A stretch of 64,000 nt of DNA, taken from NCBI RefSeq assembly GCF_006345805.1, contig NC_042999.1:163308001-163372000 (forward strand), read 5' to 3'. Source of the DNA: Octopus sinensis (taxonomy: Eukaryota). Below, piece after piece: positions 11,578-23,447 of the stretch; position 1 is the first letter of the stretch, and each line of letters opens with the position of its first letter. Made by a program: the position numbers and the translations under genes. Below the pieces are notes generated by a model. That model searched no databases, had not been told where the DNA came from, and saw only the letters and a program-made list of their open reading frames with translations.

Positions 11578-12869
11578 AAATGGTCATCCCATAAATAATG
11601 CAGTTTTTTCAATTGCATGAACTAAAAATGGGAGTGGGGACAGGATAAACTACCTGCATCAACTTGCTATAAAAGCAGGTAGTAATTTTACCTTGTAATT
11701 ATTCTTAGTGCAAGTTTTGAAGAGTGCAGTTTGATTTTAACAGTTATTTTTTCAAAGCTATAATGGAAGTGACAAAGGAGCATATTCGGCATATTTTGCT
11801 TTATGATTTCAATAAAAGCAACAACACAACAGAAAGTGTGAGGACTATTAATGCAATATATGGGGATTGGACAATTAGCGTAAGCCTGTTTCTAAGGTGG
11901 TTCCAGAAATTCCAAGCTGGGAAACAACAGCCTAGAAGATGAACCTCATCCTGAAAGATCTGTAGAAATCAACAAGGACGTCCTGCAAATCCTGATGGAA
12001 AAAATCCCATCGTAATTGTTGAGGAAAAAGCAGAGAAGCTTGGTTTTGGTCATTCAACCATTCATTGATACCTGCATGCCATCAGAAAAATCAGCAAATT
12101 GGGTCAATGGGTTCCTCACAAACTTTCTGAGTCTAATCACACGCAGAGAGTAAATGTGTACTCGTCTTTGCTGTCACATCTCATGAATGAACTGAATGAA
12201 CCTTTTTTGGACCGAATAGTAGTAACTGGTGACAAGAAATGGGTTCTCTATAAAAATGTCAAGTGTTGAAGAGAGTGGGTAGGGAAAGAACAAACACCAG
12301 CACCCCAGGCTAAAGAAAGTCTTCACCCATGTAATGTGTTGTTATCTGTTTGGTGGGATATGAAAGGTTTAGTCCACTTTGAACTTTAAAACCCAAACCT
12401 AAAGATAACAAAGGAAATCTACTGTGAGCAGCTTGAGCGGCTTAAGTCAGTTCGAGAAGAAAATCAACCATCTTTGGTTTTAAGATGAAAGGTGTTCTTC
12501 CATCAAGATAATGCTTGGTCACATACAGTGAGGATGACATTCCAAAGGCTGGAAGAGAAGCAATGCCCCACCCACCATATTCACCTGACATTGCCCCATC
12601 TGATTATCATTTATTCCACTGTCTTCAAAATCATTTAGATGAAAAAAATATGAATTCTGTAGATGAGGCCAGAACAATACTGGAGGAGTATTTTTCATGA
12701 CAGACAAGTGAATTTTGGAAGAGGGGCCTTGCAAGTCTATCAGATAGATGGAAGAGCATTGTAGAAAATGAAGGAGAGTAGATTTTAGATTAAAAAAGAA
12801 CTTTGTATATCTTAGTTTTGTAAAATAAAAGAAATATAAAAAAAAACCATTATTTATTGGCTGACCTAA
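11578..12869 (+). mobile_element. Near full-length mariner (DD34D) pseudogene
   Basis: TIRs (T)TGGTCA.CCCATAAATAATG / CATTATTTATTGGCTGACCTAA. Transposase relic MEVTKEHIRHILLYDF...WVPH.L...VTGDKKW...HQDNA...HPPYSPDIAPSDYHLF with stops and frameshifts. Confidence 0.92.
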
Positions 12870-13442
12870 TATATCTAATCTGAAAATAATAAGAATTAAG
12901 TAATTTAATTAGGCTGTATAACATGAACCATAGTTAATAGACTATTAACTCAGTTTCCACTGAGATTCCAGCATGAATTTTTGTATGTGAGTTGTAACTA
13001 AGTAGGGCAATATTTTGACAAAATTTCAAAAAAATTGATGACCATGTCTTTTGATCTATGAAAGGTCAAAGGTCAAATTTTAGGTAAACGTTTTTATTTT
13101 TATCACAAGGAATAAATACACTAAACATATGTTGTAAATCTATTTAAATGCTTTAAAATGAAACAAAAAAAATATGTGTTTTCTAGCTCAAATAGTAGCT
13201 GAGATATGACTTCTCAAAGAAATTGAGTAACTGTAAAAATGAGACGTTTTTTGAAAATTTAAAATGGTCATAACTCAGCAAATATTAGAGTCAGATAAAA
13301 AAAATATTTCATATTTAAGGGTTTCATATGAAGGCCATTTAGCATGCAAAGCTTGAAAGAAATCGGTTTCAGTCATCTTTGGCATCTGCCTTGAGTTTGC
13401 ATGGCTTCATCATGAAAATAAGCTTGAATAGGAGTAACTTAC

Positions 13443-13549
13443 CTGCCACTGTTAACATCCCATAGGGTTACTGTACGGTCAAATGATCCAGTGATTAGTT
13501 GTGTACCTGTGCAGTTGAATGCAACAGAAATAATCTCTTCACTGTGTCC
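13443..13549 (-). CDS. DAW1: DAW1 coding exon 8 ([36 protein letters not shown])
   Basis: 107 nt, TTTTTCAG / GTAAGT, WD40 repeat. Confidence 0.97.
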
Positions 13550-14574
13550 CTGAAAAAGACAATAGATTTTTCTTACTACATTTTTATTGTTAATTGTGCT
13601 TGTAGCAGCAGCATTGTCGTTGTCATCATTATCACCGTCATCGTCATCATCATAAATTTTTCCTTTATTGTTGTCAGCATCTTTCTTTTTCTTTTGCTTT
13701 TCTTCATCTCACTTCTCCCTATGCATCAAGTAAGTTTTTGCAATGTATTTGATGATGACCAGAGAACTGTTATGAGTGTGGGTTACATTTTGAGGTTACT
13801 GTAAGTTAAGGGTTCATATTAACATCAATATTCATCAACATTATTACAAAATCACTCTCAGATGAAGGGAAAAGCTCAGAATGCTATACTTACTTTTTGA
13901 TGCAACTGAACATATCAAACTCAGTTATAGACTAACTGCTGTTGTCTACAATTTCTCCAGACCCCAGACTTTACCGTTTTATAGGAATAGTGGATTTACC
14001 ATTACTTGCCACTGAACTGTACTTAATATGATAGAAAATAATGCAATGGTATTTCAGTTTCTCTTTTTATTCATCAACTTTATTATTTTGCTTCTCTGTG
14101 CTGGTATGCATTGACTGGACCCTAGCATTGATCAGATCTTTAATCATAGCTGTCTGGTGCCAAACCAACTGCAAGACATATCTAACTGCAATAATTCTAA
14201 CCAGTTTCTACCATCCCTACTTATTACATACATATCTATACAATGATAATTGTCTTTAGACACCAACTAATGATTCTATTCAGTTGCTTTCTCTCTATGA
14301 GCACAGATAAGCTGGGGAAAAAATGAATATAAAAGGAATCAGATGATGTTGGTGCCATAATCAAATGTGCTAAGTACATACTATAAAGTAGCTGGCAGCA
14401 TAGGGTAGAGGAGTCCTCAGTCTTGTTGAGGAAAAGGTATCCTACCAATCAGAGGTCCCACAAAATACATCAAGTATATTCTGTAAAATGGCTCATGTTA
14501 AGAAGGACATCCAGCAGTAGAAACTATGCTGCAAATGGAATTTATGGACAAGGTGTGGCCCAACTCATCTAATA

Positions 14575-14998
14575 TCATCATCATCATCATCGTTTAAAGT
14601 CTGCCTTCCATGCTGGCATGGGTGGAATGACAGAAGCCTGCCCCAGACTGCTGTAACTGTTTTGGCAGGATTTTTACAGCTGGATGCCCTTCCTAACACC
14701 AACCCCTCAGCAGAGTGGGCTTAGTGCTTTTTACATGGAACAAACACAGACAAAGTCAGTTTTGGCAAAGTTTTTACAGCTGGATGCCCTTCAAAATGGC
14801 AACCACTTTACAGTGTGGACTGAGTGCTTTTGAGTGGCACCTGCACTGACAGGGTCACCAAGTACTTGCAAGACAAAAAAAAAACTCTTTTGAGAGGGGA
14901 GGGAGCATTGGAGGAGGTGTTCTTGTGTTCCCAGACCTCGATTGAAGCATCCAACCCATGCTAGCATGGAAAACTAACGTTAAACGATAATGATGATA
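14575..14998. mobile_element. RTE 3'-UTR derivative with outward-facing tails at both ends
   Basis: Starts (CAT)nCGTTTAA..CCATGCTGGCATGGG and ends CCCATGCTAGCATGG..GTTAAACGATAATGATGAT. Confidence 0.65.
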
Positions 14999-15019
14999 TA
15001 TAAATAACACAAAGTAAGT

Positions 15020-15385
15020 TAGAGGTTATGGGTGAAAACCACTAAGGGATAGTATTTATCCAATATACTGTTGGTAAAGTACCCAAATTCTTAATACATA
15101 AATGTTTTTAATTGCAATGCAATTAACTTATTTATTGTATTAAACAGGTGAAGGTAAAGAAATATTTTACCATTAATTTATAATACAAATAAGAAAATGG
15201 AGAAACAATTTAGTTGGTTCATCAACTTTCGGATATTAGAAGGTTGGATTATTTATTCATTTAACAAAATGAGAACTATTAAAGTTCTCATTCATTTTGT
15301 TAAATAAATAATTCAACATTCTAATATCCGAAAGTTGATGAACCAACTAAATTGTTTCTCCATTTTCTTATTTGTATTATATATA
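15020..15385. mobile_element. Penelope-like element ending in a near-perfect about 200-bp hairpin
   Basis: Arms about 15180-15278 / 15284-15380, centred on ATGAGAACT ATTAA AGTTCTCAT. Confidence 0.65.
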
Positions 15386-15389
15386 TATA

Positions 15390-15605
15390 CTCTCTTTTAC
15401 TCTTTTACTTGTTTCAGTTATTTGACTGCAGCCATGCTGGAGCACCGCCTTTAGTCGAAGAAATCAACCCCGGGACTTATTCTTTGTAAGCCTAGTACTT
15501 ATTCTATCGGTCTCTTTGGCCGAACCGCTAAGTTACGGGGATGTGAGCACACCTGCATCGGTTGTCAAGAGATGTTTGGGGACAAACACAGACACACAAA
15601 CATAT

Positions 15606-15696
<91 letters not shown>

Positions 15697-15832
15697 TACA
15701 ACGGGCTTCTTTCAGTTTCTGTCTACCAAATCCACTCACAAGGCTTTGGTTGGCCCGAGGTTATAGTAGAAGACACTTGCCCAAGGTGCCACACAGTGGG
15801 ACTGAACCCGGAACCATGTGGTTGGTAAGCAA
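15390..15832 (-). mobile_element. SINE family A with expanded internal (TA)n
   Basis: Same body and tail as 44590-45005, inverted; 5' A-box part truncated. Confidence 0.88.
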
Positions 15833-15879
15833 TATATATATATTGTTCAAAGGATGAGGTATATATATATATATATAAA

Positions 15880-16121
15880 TTAAAACAGTTTAGGAGATCG
15901 AAAATCCACCTGACGAATGTCATTGAAGACATGAAACGATTGTAGTGGCGGTTTATTTCTTTATATTAAAAATTTTTATGTATTGATTAAGTCTTTCCTT
16001 GTTTGTTTTGCAAAATAGTGGTTTTGTCTCGAATTAATATTATATAATATTTTACTATAAAATTGGATTTAATCCTAAATCTGATTTTTTCCCTGTAAAT
16101 TTGGATTTATTCCCTAATATT

Positions 16122-16122
<1 letters not shown>
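15880..16122 (+). mobile_element. Short (TA)n-embedded hammerhead-bearing element
   Basis: About 240 bp between two (TA)n tracts; contains the hammerhead at 15906-15948. Confidence 0.6.
15906..15948 (+). ncRNA. Minimal type I hammerhead ribozyme with intact core
   Basis: CCAC-CTGACGA-ATGTC ATTGAA GACAT-GAAA-CGATTG-TA-GTGG. All catalytic core positions present; predicted cleavage after A15944. Confidence 0.82.

Positions 16123-16124
<2 letters not shown>

Positions 16125-16208
<84 letters not shown>
16125..16208. repeat. (TA)n microsatellite, one of many
   Basis: About 80 bp of uninterrupted TA. Similar tracts near 1490-1537, 2497-2577, 15619-15690, 33585-33612 and 41933-41970. Confidence 0.98.
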
Positions 16209-16211
<3 letters not shown>

Positions 16212-16760
16212 CATTGATTAGAGAACAAACATCAAATTTAGGCCAATGACTTTACATAACTCCATGCTCCTATACATTTCATTATATACAAATAATACCA
16301 TGGCCTTCAACATATAAACGAAATACATATATAAGCACAGAAGTTTAAAAATATATATGCGCATATAAAAATAAAAAATATATAGAAGTACCTGTCAAGA
16401 AAAAGTATATATAAATCGACTAAAGTAGTTGATCAAAATGAATTACTAAAACATATCAACTGACTAAAAAGTTTTTACTTCTTGATTAAAAATATATCAA
16501 AATAGTTTGTTTTTAAAAATGAAGCGATCCATGGTAGGTCCATGGTAGCTTTTTTCCTTCAAAGTACTTGATATAGTTACTTGCTACTGCCACCCTTCCA
16601 AGTCTATTGCTTTGCTCCAAAGGCCATGTCAAGTACACTGTTCTACCACCATGCCACCCTAGGTCTTGTTGGGACTTTACATCAGCCACAAATTTGATCT
16701 GTATGTACACACACACACAAGTATAGGGGAGGGCAAAATATAAAATTCATGTTAACTTAC

Positions 16761-16868
16761 TGATAAATTAAAAAGTTCTTTCCCAGTTTGTACATCCCAC
16801 AGCTTTGCATCTGTATCCATACTGCCAGTTGCAACTATAGTGCTTTGGGGGTTAAAACTCAAACATAC
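16761..16868 (-). CDS. DAW1: DAW1 coding exon 7 ([36 protein letters not shown])
   Basis: 108 nt, TTGCCAG / GTAAGT, WD40 repeat. Confidence 0.97.
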
Positions 16869-17799
16869 CTGGCAAAAGGTAAAAAAAAAATGTAACACAA
16901 ATTAGTATGATTATTCACATATTTATTCTTAATGTGCCTAGGCAGGTTCAGATGCAAAATATGCTGGTTGCAGTGGTGTATGTCATAGGAGAATAACTTA
17001 TTTTTTTTACAATGATGGTGTGTTCAACAGATTTGGCTCATTGGCACACAGGATTCTGGAGGGGACACTAGTGTTTCAATATGTTGTGTCTTATCAGCTG
17101 GAGAGACACTGCAGCAATCAGCATATTTTTGAGCCTGAACTTGCCTAGATGTATTAAGAATAAATATGCAAATAATTTATCCAGGTCTTGCTGGAACATG
17201 GTATAAATAATGATTTGTTAATGAATCAGTGTATAAATATCTTTTTAAAACAGTGTCTGGACTTGAATTTATAGAAAATGAAACTAATACCATAATAGGG
17301 GATCTCACATCTGCTTCAATGAACAAGAAATGCAGTTGTTTGATAAACTACTTATTTATTGAATTTTTGTATAATTAAGTAAGTGGTCGAGTGTTCCATA
17401 AAATTTGTACACTTAATGTTGTAATGCACAGACAGAATCATATATATGTGCATATACTGTATTTATTTTGAGATGCTCTGTGTTTCTTTCAACTACTTTA
17501 ACTATAACAGACAATTTAGTAAAATAACTTAGTTATCATTAAGCTAGTGTTAGGGACATAAATTGTGACTAAGGTTTGGTGGAAGATTTTAATTCAAAAC
17601 TTATGAAAACAAGACATTTGTCACTCAGAACCAGAGCCGGTTTCAGCCTGGTTGGTAACGAAAGGGTTAACATTGTGTGTGACAAGGATTGCACTCAAAT
17701 CATGGATAAAGTATATTCAACAGGTTTCCACACAGTTTTCATTGATCCAAAAATGTATGTTAGTCTACTTTAATAATACAAAATAGTGATATAATAATG

Positions 17800-18005
17800 A
17801 TTTCAAGTTTTGGCACAAGGCCAACAATTTTGAGGATGGGGGTAAATTGATTACACCAATCCTAGTGCTAAACTGGTATTTATTTTATTGACTCCAAAAG
17901 GATGAAAGGCAAAGTCAACCTTGGTGGAACTTGAACTTAGAACATAAAGACAGATGAAATGCCACTAAGCATTTTGCCATACTGTACCAACTTAATTCCT
18001 TCAGT
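17800..18005 (-). mobile_element. Older SINE family C copy
   Basis: Reverse complement of the 62520-62715 type (GGCACAAGGCC..GATGAAAGGCAAAGTC..GAACTTAGAACATAAAGAC). Confidence 0.7.
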
Positions 18006-18105
18006 GAAATTGCTGGCCTTGAGCCAAAATTTGAAACCAATATCATACAGTAATATAATATTCAACTGGCAATAAGAAAGCTTTCTATTTATCACATGAC
18101 TATGT

Positions 18106-18146
<41 letters not shown>

Positions 18147-19032
18147 TACATATACACAATACTTCATTTTTTTTTACTATTAAGTTCATCTTTTATGGAT
18201 TTTTCTCCACCACTATTCTGATTGTTTATCGGTCTTAATTGTAGATTGTAGTTGTAATTGTAGCAGTGTATCTTAAAGGCAGTAGAGCAATAGAAATTAT
18301 GCCTCAATAGATTAAATGTTTGGCAGTGCTTACTTTCATGCCTCAACAATTTTGCTCTTCATTCCAAGAAATAAATATAAGAAATGTGCTGGGAGTTGAT
18401 TCAATCAACTACACCGTGTAAAACTCATTACTAATGACTCTGCAGTGTCCATAGTTTTTCATCACAAAGCAAGCAAGATTAACTTTTAGTCAACTGATAC
18501 TTTTTCATTGAAGCATGGAAAGATGAAATGTAAGTTTAATATCACTGAGATTTGAACCGAGAGAAATTAGATACCAAACTGCATATTACAACGCACATAA
18601 TTCTGATGTTCTAATAACTGAACTATCTGTACCTGTTTAGACAATAAAAAAAATAAGAATTTTTTAGTTCAATTTAGAAGCTTCCTAACAGATAGTAGAA
18701 AGTATTTGAGAGGAAATGAATAATTCATTTCCTCTCATGCCATTATCACTGACCATATCATCATATATCAGAATGCATATGATACAGAGATACACATTCT
18801 CCAGTTCTTTGAGTAACAGAAATATCTACTAGTTATAGCCTTTGTGACTGAGTATTCCTCCAATGCTATCCTTAGTATAATCCTCAGGCAGAGCCAGCCC
18901 AACACAATGTCTGATAAGGTTGGCCCTTTGAATTACAGTTTACCTTCTAAGTTCTATCTCTCAAATTTCTATACATACACATTTACAAATGTACAGACAC
19001 TCAAAGTAAAAAAATTAAAGTTAAAACTTAAC

Positions 19033-19132
19033 AATTTCAGCTGTGTGACCTCGGTGGGTGCGGTAACAATTTCCTGTTTCTGTATTCCATAACCTAAATG
19101 TCTTGTCAAATGATCCAGTTGCTATTTTGTCT
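19033..19132 (-). CDS. DAW1: DAW1 coding exon 6 ([33 protein letters not shown])
   Basis: 100 nt, ATTTAG / GTTAAG, WD40 repeat. Confidence 0.97.
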
Positions 19133-19579
19133 CTAAATAGAAAAAAGTACGGAAACTATCAAAACTTAGTTGTTAGTTGCCAAGTGAATGATGAACAATT
19201 ACAATGACAATAGTAATGATGTTGATTGTTATTTCTATTTGAAATAACATAGTGGTAGTAGTTAAAATCCATGAGAGTTCACTTTGCAAATTTGTGTCTT
19301 TGACTCTTATCTATGTTAGAAAAAATAATGTCATTTCTTCACAACAACAGACACACTCGATATTGTTATATTGATCTGGTATTATTATTTTTATCTTGGA
19401 AAATGATGTCAAGCTTACATGTATCTGGTAGTCTATCTGTATGCTAAAGTTTCATAATGTCTTTACACTGTCATTTCTGAAACAGGTAGAGGTTTGGAAG
19501 AGAATTACATGGTTTTTTTCCCCGCCCCAAGTTGTTGAAAAACTGAGTAGAGCAGTATTACATGACATTGTCTCCAAGT

Positions 19580-19775
19580 ATTGGGTCAGCCCATAAATAA
19601 TGCGGGTTTTTCAATTGCATGAACTAAAAGTCAGAGGAGGACAGGATAAACTACCTGCATCAACTTGCTATAAAAGCAGGTAGTCATTTTACCTTGTACT
19701 TATTCTTAGTACAAGTTCTGAAGAGTGCAGTTCGATTTTAACAGTTATTTTTTAAAAGCTATAATGGAAGTGACA
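19580..19775 (+). mobile_element. 5' fragment of the same mariner family as 11578
   Basis: TATTGGGTCAGCCCATAAATAATG TIR and 5' UTR up to ATGGAAGTGACA, highly similar to 11580-11775. Confidence 0.85.
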
Positions 19776-20289
19776 GCACACACTTGCAGAGGAAGGTGAA
19801 CAAACCTTCTAGCATGAACCTGTAGGCTAGAAAACATCTAGGAAAGGATGCTATTTTTGGTAGTAAGGTTAAACCTGAATCTTTGGGGTTCTTTCATTGG
19901 TTTTAGGCAGCAGTTTCATTTCATATCTTTATTGTTTTTTCATGCTTGTTTTTCTCAATAAGTCTATGATGAAAATCTCTACCATCTTTGTAACTAGTTC
20001 TTGTAATGGTTTTTCATTCATTACCAATGTGGATAATAGAAGGAAGGCTTCATTTGAGAGAGTGGAAAAATTTGCTCTATCACTTTTTGTAGAAGGTCAC
20101 ACTCCACCAATCAGGTTGTCCATCTGCTATGTTCCTGCATGCAGTAAGGCTGTGACATCAGCAGAGATTCCTATATGGCGTGCAGGTGAGGTTGTGCTTT
20201 GTATAGCCTATCACTTTGATGGAAATGTGATTTTGGAACAAAGATCAAGACTGGGTGCCTGGTATCTGGTATATCATCAGATGTTTTTT

Positions 20290-20910
20290 ACCAGTTGGAC
20301 AATTGGACAATAAATACTACACATTAGCTTTCTATAGAAGACTAGCAGGGGGAGGGGACAATGACAAAGTTCTCAAACGTCTGGGCATTGATGAGAATCA
20401 CTTGGCTAGTCTTTCCTGGAGGATCTGTAACCTAGGAACTGATGAATAATTTCTAGAAATCCCTGGACTGGCTGTTCTACCAGGGGTAGAAATGAAATAA
20501 ATTCAACAGTCCTGAAAGTGCAGTCATTTGGGTCTGTACAAGGTGCATATAGAGTACAGAAACCATTCTACATGCACTCATTCTGGCTTGAGGAGTTTTG
20601 CTGAACAGTTGTTGTTGCATGTAGGTCGGATACAGCTGTGGCTGAAGCCCATTGTAAAGCTCACCCTACCACTTTCTTGTGATCAGGAAGAGCAGACACT
20701 TTTTCTTTATCTAATGATTATGGTGAAAGAGAGAATTTCATAGATATGACTGAAAGGACTGAGGGCAGACATCTTCCTCTCCAACGAAGCTCTCATTGAC
20801 TTTTTCAAACTTCACTAGAAGAGATGGTAAGAATAGCGAGGCTGATGTTCCCTTCAATAAATTTGCTGAAAAGTGGGTGAAAGTAGCATGTATGGTTTGA
20901 GTGAAAGGAG
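20290..20910 (+). mobile_element. Highly degenerate L1/Tx1-like LINE ORF2 C-terminus
   Basis: Relic peptides FYRRLAGG..LGIDE.., EQLLLHVGRIQL..IVKL, FLSNEALIDFFK, KWVKVACM; many stops. Confidence 0.4.
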
Positions 20911-21219
20911 TTTCCCTCAGTATGCATCTATATATGATGGAATTAATAGCTGTGAGTGATCACTTATCCTTGGTCAGATCCTAGTCCTGGATTTGTGAGG
21001 CTTCTCGACTAGCCCTACATTATGGTCCCCCTCTTTGGACACACTAGCATACATTTGTATAGTATGTACAAGAATGTAATGTAGTGAGATAAAGCTAAAT
21101 GCTTTGTCTTATTGAGTTACATCCCTTCTCTTAGTTCATATTCAATATATGAGGACTATATTGAAAGTAAAGCAAAATTAGACATAACTGATATAGGTCA
21201 TTCAAATTCCATATGTTGG

Positions 21220-21620
21220 TAGTATAACTCTTCCTTTATACAAAGGTACTACTCAGCGGTCTCTATCACAAGTAATGCATTTACACCATCATTGAATACC
21301 ATTCATGAATGCTCTTTGAAAATATTCAGATGTGCACTGTTGTACCCACTTCTTTACAATCACTTTCACCTCTTCTACATCATCAAATTTTTATCTCCAA
21401 AGATTGTCCTTCAATGGCCGAACAGGTAAAAGTCAGAAGGTGTCAGATTGGGGTTGTGTTGTAGATGGGGAAACACTGGCCATCTAATTTGCAAATTGAC
21501 TGATTTCTTGCCAAAGATATGTGGTCAGATATTGTTCAGGTGAATGTGGATTGTTTTCAGATTTTTGTGTGATCTCTTTCACATATGGCTTCTCTAAGCT
21601 CTCTGAGTGGCTTACCATAC
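21220..21620 (-). mobile_element. Degenerate mariner C-terminal relic
   Basis: Minus-strand PHLQHNPNLTPSDFYLFG resembles PHPPYSPDLAPSDF.LF. Confidence 0.55.
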
Positions 21621-23124
21621 CACTTGCTGTTCACAGTGCAGACATATAGAAAACCAGGGAGAATGATTGGAACCTATTATTTGCCTGCAATAAAGGTCAG
21701 GAGGAAGAGTTACATAAAGAGTTATTCTACTTAGTCAAATGAACAACTCATGTTAGTTAGTGAAAAAGTTATGCCTACTCTTGCATTACTTTCAATACAA
21801 CCATATATCATTCTGCCTTTTCTACTGGAATTGTCATTGGTTGTGGTATAGTTCTAGTATGAATAATATTAAAAGTCAATTGTAAACTAAAGGAGAAAAA
21901 CACAAAATAGATAAATAAATGAAAGCAATTTTTTACTTTCTCAAACTTTAGCTGGTACCAGTTTGTTTGGCAGTTGCAGAAGATCTTTACACAGTTTTAC
22001 ACTGTGCTATGACCAACTTGTGTGTAATATAATATGTTTTAAGATTTCATCTTTGTCTCAGATAGGATGGTGTGATTGTATAATGTTATTTAAATTTTAT
22101 TGTTGTTCATATTTGTGTTTTTGTAAAAATGGAAAGGTGTAATTGTGTTTGCTTAAAATTTTGTTATGTTTGAAAGAATATAAATTTAGGGGAAGATGAT
22201 ATATAACATACAATTTTCATTCTTAAGAAAAGTGATTTTCACTTGATTTAGGGACTCTCCATTACTAATATATCACCTATCCCTTTTGCAGGTGATTCCC
22301 AATCTTTGGCTTTCAGTTTGTCTAGGACCATTAGTTATCTTTGCAGACTGTTAGTTAGATTATTACTAAAGATACCTGACTACATAGGTAAATTCTTCTA
22401 GGAAAATTATCCTTGTTTCTACACAATTATAAATAATAGACCAAACATTGAAAAGATTAAGATTGCTATCCATGAACAATATATTCTGTCATTGTTCATT
22501 TCATAGATCTGCTGTTTCATAATATAAAATTACTCTAATTGACTGTAAATTACAGGGGTCAAATAGTGGCCAAAATTTTCTATTATTTTTTTAAGATTAT
22601 AGTTGTTATAACAATATTAATTTCACATATCTGAAATCATTCACTTGTGAAAGCGAAAAGTAAGTGTTCGGAAACTGAAAAGAAAGTGCTATTTTGTGTG
22701 AATAATTTATCTTATTTATCTTTTTTTCTAAGAAAAAAAAAAAAGAAGAAGAAAAAAGAAACAGAAATGAGTTAATTTTGTATTTGAAGTTATAAAAAAA
22801 TTAATTGAATAATTTCTATTATTTTACCTTGTGGTGAAGCCCTTAATCAATCACTTAACCTGCTAGAAAATGAAACCAAATCTTTATATAATCACACCCT
22901 TCCATCTCACAAAAATGAGAAACAACAAAAACAAAAAGTCTAAATAATTTGATATAATCACACTCCCCCATATTAAATAACAACACAAAAAATACTGAAT
23001 TCATCAAAAAATAGACTCCATAATTAAAAAAACAAACAAACTGGTACTCAATTTGAGAAAGTGAAAGTGGTATGCTACTTAGGGCCTAAATATAACCATT
23101 CTAAAAGAAAGATGGATGGCATAC

Positions 23125-23247
23125 CCAAAAGGGTTATTAAAAGAGATTGCATAGACGACGTTGTTGTGACCATACAGTGTATGAAGTTCCTCTCCAGAGG
23201 CTGTATCCCATATCTTACATGTACGATCATAACTTCCTGTGATGAAA
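23125..23247 (-). CDS. DAW1: DAW1 coding exon 5 ([41 protein letters not shown])
   Basis: 123 nt, TTACAG / GTATGC, WD40 repeat. Confidence 0.97.
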
Positions 23248-23447
23248 CTGTAATAGACAATGAGATCTCCTCATGTTACTGTGTTTGATATTATTCATAT
23301 TACAACATCAACAACAGCATCAGTAGCAGTGACAACAACAACAACAACAACAATAATGACGAGGCTGGAACAACAACAACAGCAGCAGCAGAAGCAGCAG
23401 CAGTGAGAAAAGCAAAATTAACAGCAACAAGAGTTCATCATGGTATT

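Larger units (their letters stand above)
6752..13402 (-). mobile_element. Sola2-like DNA transposon with about 450-bp TIRs and a fragmented transposase, heavily nested
   Basis: TIRs about 6790-7235 vs 12960-13380, left terminus GGGGTAATTCC. Transposase pieces 11557-10350, 9411-8985 and 7580-7260 carry GFSENY (DFSENY), YFSDSDASQHKN, HGKRPCDG and CACTIHQN motifs. Superfamily assigned from recalled motifs. Confidence 0.75.

Noticed and set aside
15516-15857. ORFs rich in YIYI/HTHT/CVCV (also 1425, 5349, 33319, 41461, 41812 and others)
   Set aside because: Translations of microsatellites and SINE bodies, not genes.
19850-20280. 138-aa ORF at 19897 and a faint RNase H/zinc-finger resemblance on the minus strand
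   Set aside because: Motifs too degraded to call.
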